Notes under the pieces: model-generated
What the model saw: only the letters and a program-made list of their open reading frames with translations
Databases searched by the model: none
Told to the model about the DNA's origin: nothing
Position numbers and translations under genes: made by a program
Assembly: GCA_016927475.1 (NCBI GenBank)
Contig: JAFGMO010000012.1
Location: 120,875 to 184,874 of the forward strand
Direction: 5' to 3'
Origin: Candidatus Aminicenantes bacterium
GTDB lineage: Bacteria; Acidobacteriota; Aminicenantia; Aminicenantales; Aminicenantaceae
DNA length: 64,000 bases
Shown: positions 59,661 through 64,000 of the stretch, one piece after another
Numbering within the stretch: position 1 is the first letter of the stretch
Layout: each line of letters begins with the position of its first letter

Positions 59661-60644
59661 ATGAAAAAGAAAAAAAATGTCTTTAAGTCTGTCGTTTGGT
59701 GGTTAACAAAACCTGCTAAATGGAGGGAAACAATAGAGACGCTTGCTGAAAAAGAAATCAAATTAGGGGTCGTTATATTTGTATTTGTCTGTCTTGTTGT
59801 ATTCTCGTCTACATTTTTGATGGGGAGAACATATGACAGATCTCACCTGTATAATATCCTTGTAGAAGCTCATGGATTAGTTTTTGATATCTTTGTTTTT
59901 GGCATAATCGTAATGATTTTTAATAAATTTGCGGAGAGAAGACGGAATATTCTGAGGTGGATAGAAGAAATTGATGATTACAAAGGTTGGGATGAAAAAG
60001 AAGCTATGTACAGGATTGTTGGAAATATTAAAAGATTGAACAGAGAAAAAGTTACGAGGATTAATTTACATGATTGTTTTTTAGAAAAAGCCAACCTCAG
60101 TGGACTCAATCTCCAAAAAACCCATTTTGAGAATGCACATCTCGATTTTGCCAATCTCAGGTTTGCCAGTCTGATGAAAGCCAATCTCGAAGGAGCCCAT
60201 CTCAAGGGAGCTCATCTTGTAGGAGCCAATCTTGAGAAAGCAAATCTCTGGGAAGTCGATTTCATGGGAGCCGAACTATTCGCAGCAAACCTCGTTGGAG
60301 CCCATCTTAGTGGAGCTCGTCTCAAGGGGGCATGTTTAGCAGTGACCAATCTTGCGGGTACTGTTTTCTGGAGAGCAGATCTTGAGGGTGTCGATCTCGG
60401 GTCTGCCCATCTCGTGGGAGCCGACCTATTCGAAGCAAATCTCGGTCGAGTAAATTTCGATCGAGCAAATCTCGATCGAGTAAATCTCGAGGGAGCTAAT
60501 CTCACTGGAGCAAAAAATCTTACACTTAATCAACTATCAAAGGTTGAAACATTATATAAAGCAAAACTCGATCCAGAGCTTTTAGCTGAAGTGAAGCAAA
60601 AGTATCCGCATCTTTTGGAAAATCATAAACCTGAGAAGAAATGA
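59661..60644 (+). CDS. membrane-anchored pentapeptide-repeat protein (copy 1)
   Basis: Two N-terminal TM helices and a conserved ~60-aa juxtamembrane domain (EAHGLVFDIFVFG...WDEKEAMYRIVGNIKRLN). About 45 pentapeptide units (A(N/D)L.G) follow. RBS agggaggag. The gene lies in a ~30% GC region. Confidence 0.7.
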   Translation: MKKKKNVFKSVVWWLTKPAKWRETIETLAEKEIKLGVVIFVFVCLVVFSSTFLMGRTYDRSHLYNILVEAHGLVFDIFVFGIIVMIFNKFAERRRNILRWIEEIDDYKGWDEKEAMYRIVGNIKRLNREKVTRINLHDCFLEKANLSGLNLQKTHFENAHLDFANLRFASLMKANLEGAHLKGAHLVGANLEKANLWEVDFMGAELFAANLVGAHLSGARLKGACLAVTNLAGTVFWRADLEGVDLGSAHLVGADLFEANLGRVNFDRANLDRVNLEGANLTGAKNLTLNQLSKVETLYKAKLDPELLAEVKQKYPHLLENHKPEKK

Positions 60645-60791
60645 GGTAGTTATTTCAATATTCCTGCTTTTCTTTTCAACAGATCCTCTCCCCTAAATTC
60701 TAACTTCCTATGATGTAAATCCCGCCTAATTCAGTTAAAATAACAAATTCAGCATTATCCAAAATTCATTAAAGGGAGGAGTATTGTTGTG

Positions 60792-61643
60792 ATGAATAAA
60801 ATCTCAAAAATTATTAAATCTATCGGCCAGGGGATAATTAAGTTTTTAAAGTTGTTGTGGGGAATGATAGAGAGACTGGCAGAAAAAGAAGTTTTTTTGG
60901 GACTCATACTTCTGATAATTATTGGGTTTTTTGTTATATATCTAACTTTACATGCTGGAAACAAATACAAAGATACTTTCTTGAATAACATTTTTATTGA
61001 AGCTCACGGACTTGTGTTTGACATCTTCGTTTTTGGTGTGATTGTCATAATTTTTGATAAGATCGCAGAAAGACGACGGAATATTAAAAGATGGAAAGAA
61101 GGAATTGACGACTTTAGAGGTTGGGATGAAAAAGAAGCTATGTACAGGATTGTTGGAAATATTAAAAGATTGAACAAAGAAAAAGTAACCGAGATTGATT
61201 TAAATCTTTGTTTTTTAGAAAAGGCCGATCTAAGTTGGACTGATCTTAGGGGGGGGGATCTCGAGAGGGCCAATCTCATTGGAGCTAATCTCATTGGAGC
61301 CGATCTTAGGGGAGCCATTCTAATTGGAGCCGATCTCAGTTGGACTGATCTTAGGGGGGGGAATCTCGAGGGAGCCGTTCTCATTGGAGCTAATCTCATT
61401 GGAGCTAATCTTAAGGAGGCTAATCTCGAGGAGGCTAATCTCATTGGAGCCGATCTTAGGGGAGTAAAGAAGCTAACAATTGATCAACTATCAAGAGTTA
61501 AGACTTTATTTAGGGTAGAAAACCTTGATCCTGGATTTAGAGCTGAAGTGAAGGAGAAGTATCCGCAGCTTTTTAGAGAGGCCTATGTGGATATATTAGA
61601 TAAAAGGCGATTGAGGGCCAGGGATCCCGCCCCCCGAGATTGA
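60792..61643 (+). CDS. membrane-anchored pentapeptide-repeat protein (copy 2, tandem paralog)
   Basis: Same N-terminal architecture and a duplicated leader/RBS. The repeat region is more regular (LIGANLIGADLRGA...) and carries an internal ~100-bp duplication and two in-frame poly-G tracts. Confidence 0.7.
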   Translation: MNKISKIIKSIGQGIIKFLKLLWGMIERLAEKEVFLGLILLIIIGFFVIYLTLHAGNKYKDTFLNNIFIEAHGLVFDIFVFGVIVIIFDKIAERRRNIKRWKEGIDDFRGWDEKEAMYRIVGNIKRLNKEKVTEIDLNLCFLEKADLSWTDLRGGDLERANLIGANLIGADLRGAILIGADLSWTDLRGGNLEGAVLIGANLIGANLKEANLEEANLIGADLRGVKKLTIDQLSRVKTLFRVENLDPGFRAEVKEKYPQLFREAYVDILDKRRLRARDPAPRD

Positions 61644-61737
61644 AATGATCGCTGTGCGGTTATGCGCCTCATTTGGTAGACGTGGGGATGGTGGGAATAT
61701 TCTCATTTTAAATTCTATCTGGCACATAGCTAAATTA

Positions 61738-62754
61738 TTAAAAATTGGCAACTGGTATAGAAGTTGAATTGATAATTCTATTAATTTTTTCTTCCAAATA
61801 TTGTGGCTCTGTATAGGGAGGTTTTACTACCTTTTGAAAAAGATTTAAGAATTGCCTGTCAGCAATTCCCCTAAATAGTTCATTTCTCTTTGCTGAATAG
61901 TCAATTAAAGAGTTTTTTATATCCATAAATTCAGAATAACAAATAGTTATTGCTTCCTCCTCGATGTTTTTTGCAAACTCTCTTACCTTGTTTTCTATAT
62001 TTTCATTAATAGGGGGCTTAATATCTTTTATCTTTTCAAGAATTGTTTTGATATTTTCTAGTTTTTTTTTGTCTTCGTCGTAGGCGTTAATTAGATTGGT
62101 TATTTTTCTGTCGAGCTCTTTTTTGATTATTTGCCTTTTCTTAAGGGCTTTTGTTTCTTTGAAAATATACCTTCGATTAATACAATCAACTTTTATAATT
62201 GATAAAAAATTTTGCTTTCTTAAGTTGCTGTATCTGATTTTCAGCAAATAACTAGATATTTTTTCAGCTGTCTCGCGTCTAAGAAATGGAAGATCAAGTT
62301 TTATTTTTTCAGTAATAGTTGCAACAGATTTTGCATCTCTGTTTTTAAATAAGATATGGAGATCTTGTTTAAAAAATTGTATAAAATCCCCGGACTTTAG
62401 TGGAACATAAGAATTAAATTGAAGATAGTAAAGATTGCTTTCAACTGTTTCTATTTCAATATTCAATGCAGCACTCTCACCAATATTTTTTAAAATCATT
62501 GAAAGAGGTTCTACACCGATTATTACACAAGGCCTCAACATCAAATCTGTTTGTGTTGCAGTGGCTTTTTTAAGTCTATTGGTTTCCCATGCATACCACC
62601 AAATCGCAAGGAACGTTAAAAATAAAATAAAAGTTGAAACAATTTGGAGCTGAATAGGAATTTTTGCTCCAGAAAATATACAACTTAGTTTATATAAAAA
62701 AACATCAAATATCATAACCCCTCCATTAGATTCTTGTTGAAAAGCATTAACCAA
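61738..62754 (-). CDS. hypothetical membrane-anchored protein (unknown function)
   Basis: 338-aa ORF with one N-terminal TM helix (IQLQIVSTFILFLTFLAIWWYAW) and a Lys/Glu-rich helical C-terminal region. AT-rich. No recognisable motif. Confidence 0.45.
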   Translation of the reverse strand: MVNAFQQESNGGVMIFDVFLYKLSCIFSGAKIPIQLQIVSTFILFLTFLAIWWYAWETNRLKKATATQTDLMLRPCVIIGVEPLSMILKNIGESAALNIEIETVESNLYYLQFNSYVPLKSGDFIQFFKQDLHILFKNRDAKSVATITEKIKLDLPFLRRETAEKISSYLLKIRYSNLRKQNFLSIIKVDCINRRYIFKETKALKKRQIIKKELDRKITNLINAYDEDKKKLENIKTILEKIKDIKPPINENIENKVREFAKNIEEEAITICYSEFMDIKNSLIDYSAKRNELFRGIADRQFLNLFQKVVKPPYTEPQYLEEKINRIINSTSIPVANF

Positions 62755-62868
62755 GCCTCCTGCCGGAATTATTCTACCAAAACCAGGCTATTTCAGGAAG
62801 GGATTGTCTTTACTAGGGGAGGGGAGGCTGGTAAAATGTTTGTATCAGCATATAAGGAGATTTTATAT

Positions 62869-63444
62869 ATGTCAAAAGGAAAGGTAAAAATAATCTTTTG
62901 GTGGCTAAGTCCATTTGTTGCCATAATTTCTCTAATCAATTTCCTTTTTTTTGATAATAGAATATTTAAGTTTATCTGGGAAAAAATTATTGTGTATTTA
63001 TGTAATTTAGATTTACCAGATTTAGTTTTTATAATTGCAATTCTAGTAATATTCTTTTTTTTGTGTGTGTTAAATAGAAAAATAAAAAGTGAAATGATTT
63101 CATTTAAAAAAGATTTCAATGAAATCAAACGACATCCTACTGAAGAAATGAAAGTCATCTTGGAAAGAATCATGAAAGCAAAAAATTGTAAAGCTAATGA
63201 AACATATTTACAAAGAGAATTTATAAAAAAATTTAATTTAGAAAATAAAGATAAACATGTTTTTTGGCAAAGATATAATGAAAATATAAGAAAATTAAAA
63301 AATATCCAAGCAATAGAAGAAACAGGAAGTCTTGACACTGAAATTTATTTGACAATTAGAAGCCCCTTTGGAGATATCCTTTATAATGAATGGGGATTAA
63401 ATATATCCTTGAAAGAAAATATTGAGAAGGGGAGGCGAGAATGA
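62869..63444 (+). CDS. hypothetical small membrane protein (unknown function)
   Basis: The start is set at ATG 62869, which has an aaggag RBS. There are two TM helices and then a soluble Lys-rich domain. It is divergent from the preceding gene. Confidence 0.4.
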   Translation: MSKGKVKIIFWWLSPFVAIISLINFLFFDNRIFKFIWEKIIVYLCNLDLPDLVFIIAILVIFFFLCVLNRKIKSEMISFKKDFNEIKRHPTEEMKVILERIMKAKNCKANETYLQREFIKKFNLENKDKHVFWQRYNENIRKLKNIQAIEETGSLDTEIYLTIRSPFGDILYNEWGLNISLKENIEKGRRE

Positions 63445-64000
63445 AAGATAATAAAATAGAAATTACTATACTCGAGAAGGATAAAAATGAAAAAATCCAG
63501 GAGATGAAAAGAATAATAGACGAAATTGAAAAAGTACCGATTGATGAGTTAATTCAAGAAAAAGAATTGGGAACATATAATTTTAAGGAGCAAAAACCTG
63601 TTTTTGAATACATCAAAAATATATTTGAGGATATTAAAAACCTTAGTTACAAAGATATTCCTCTGAAAAAATTGGAAGAGCTTTCAACTGCAGCAAATGA
63701 TTGCAGGAAACTGTTCAAAACAGTAACTGATTTCAGAATTAATTATACTGAAGAACAAAGGAGAATAAAGGGCGATGAGATTCTTTCTTTTGAAAAACGA
63801 TTGTTTGACCTTGTAATACCAATACTTGTCCATTTGTCGGGGGCAGAGGTGTTAAGGAGGGTAAATCTAGCATATAAGAGAATCCAATCACGATATGATG
63901 AAGCTAGAGAATGTGTTGTAGAAATAAAAAAAATAAAAGAATCTTCACAAATAGCTGCAAGAGAGATGGGGGTAACAACTCAGGCAAATTATTTTGAAAG
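63441..64000 (+). CDS. hypothetical coiled-coil protein (partial, continues past window end)
   Basis: The ATG overlaps the upstream stop (ATGA). The open frame runs to the window edge and is Lys/Glu-rich and helical. It is not in the ORF track because it is incomplete. Confidence 0.4.
   Translation, partial: MKDNKIEITILEKDKNEKIQEMKRIIDEIEKVPIDELIQEKELGTYNFKEQKPVFEYIKNIFEDIKNLSYKDIPLKKLEELSTAANDCRKLFKTVTDFRINYTEEQRRIKGDEILSFEKRLFDLVIPILVHLSGAEVLRRVNLAYKRIQSRYDEARECVVEIKKIKESSQIAAREMGVTTQANYFE

Noticed and set aside
60212-61444. Antisense ORFs (60212..60505, 61004..61444, 59978..60205) encoding RLAP/RSAP-type repeats
   Set aside because: They are the reverse-complement reading of the pentapeptide-repeat tracts (A-N-L-x-G codons read backwards), a known artefact.
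59661-61643. Qnr/MfpA-type quinolone-resistance pentapeptide protein
   Set aside because: Qnr-family proteins are about 215-aa cytoplasmic proteins without transmembrane segments. These have two N-terminal TM helices and an extra conserved juxtamembrane domain, so the Qnr label was not applied.
1-64000. CRISPR array, rRNA genes, transposase or integrase genes
   Set aside because: No regularly spaced direct repeats of 25-40 bp were seen. There is no rRNA-like sequence and no DDE or tyrosine-recombinase ORF. The only repeats are the MITE-like family and the tandem gene duplication.

Overview
This is a 64-kb chromosomal segment of about 50% GC from a probably anaerobic, Deltaproteobacteria/Thermodesulfobacteriota-like bacterium. 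The lineage guess rests on nrfHA, cydAB, HD-GYP, FTR-like and AmmeMemoRadiSam-type genes. The core gene content is well supported. There is a complete histidine operon (hisG 3' end, hisC, a HAD phosphatase, hisB, hisH, hisF, a fused hisA-hisIE, hisD). Other housekeeping genes include rpe, purF-like, surE, rarA, the panBCD operon, guaB, secA, feoAB, uvrB-uvrC, a tandem pair of phosphohexomutases, nrfHA, an orphan histidine ammonia-lyase and cydAB. Lysine/proline-catabolic aldehyde dehydrogenases and one tRNA-Pro(GGG) are also present. Three things stand out. First, a family of about 256-bp non-coding elements with terminal inverted repeats (MITE-like) occurs in at least four long and three degenerate or minimal copies; two inverted copies exactly bracket rpe. 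Second, a tandem phosphohexomutase paralog has lost its catalytic Ser and metal-binding Asp residues. Third, and the best candidate for something undescribed, a sharply AT-rich island of about 30% GC starts right after cydA and runs off the window end. It carries two tandemly duplicated genes for membrane-anchored pentapeptide-repeat proteins, with duplicated leaders and in-frame poly-G tracts, followed by three membrane or coiled-coil proteins of unknown function. No CRISPR array, rRNA gene or recognisable transposase/integrase gene was seen. All calls come from reading the sequence and translations by eye; no database search was possible.
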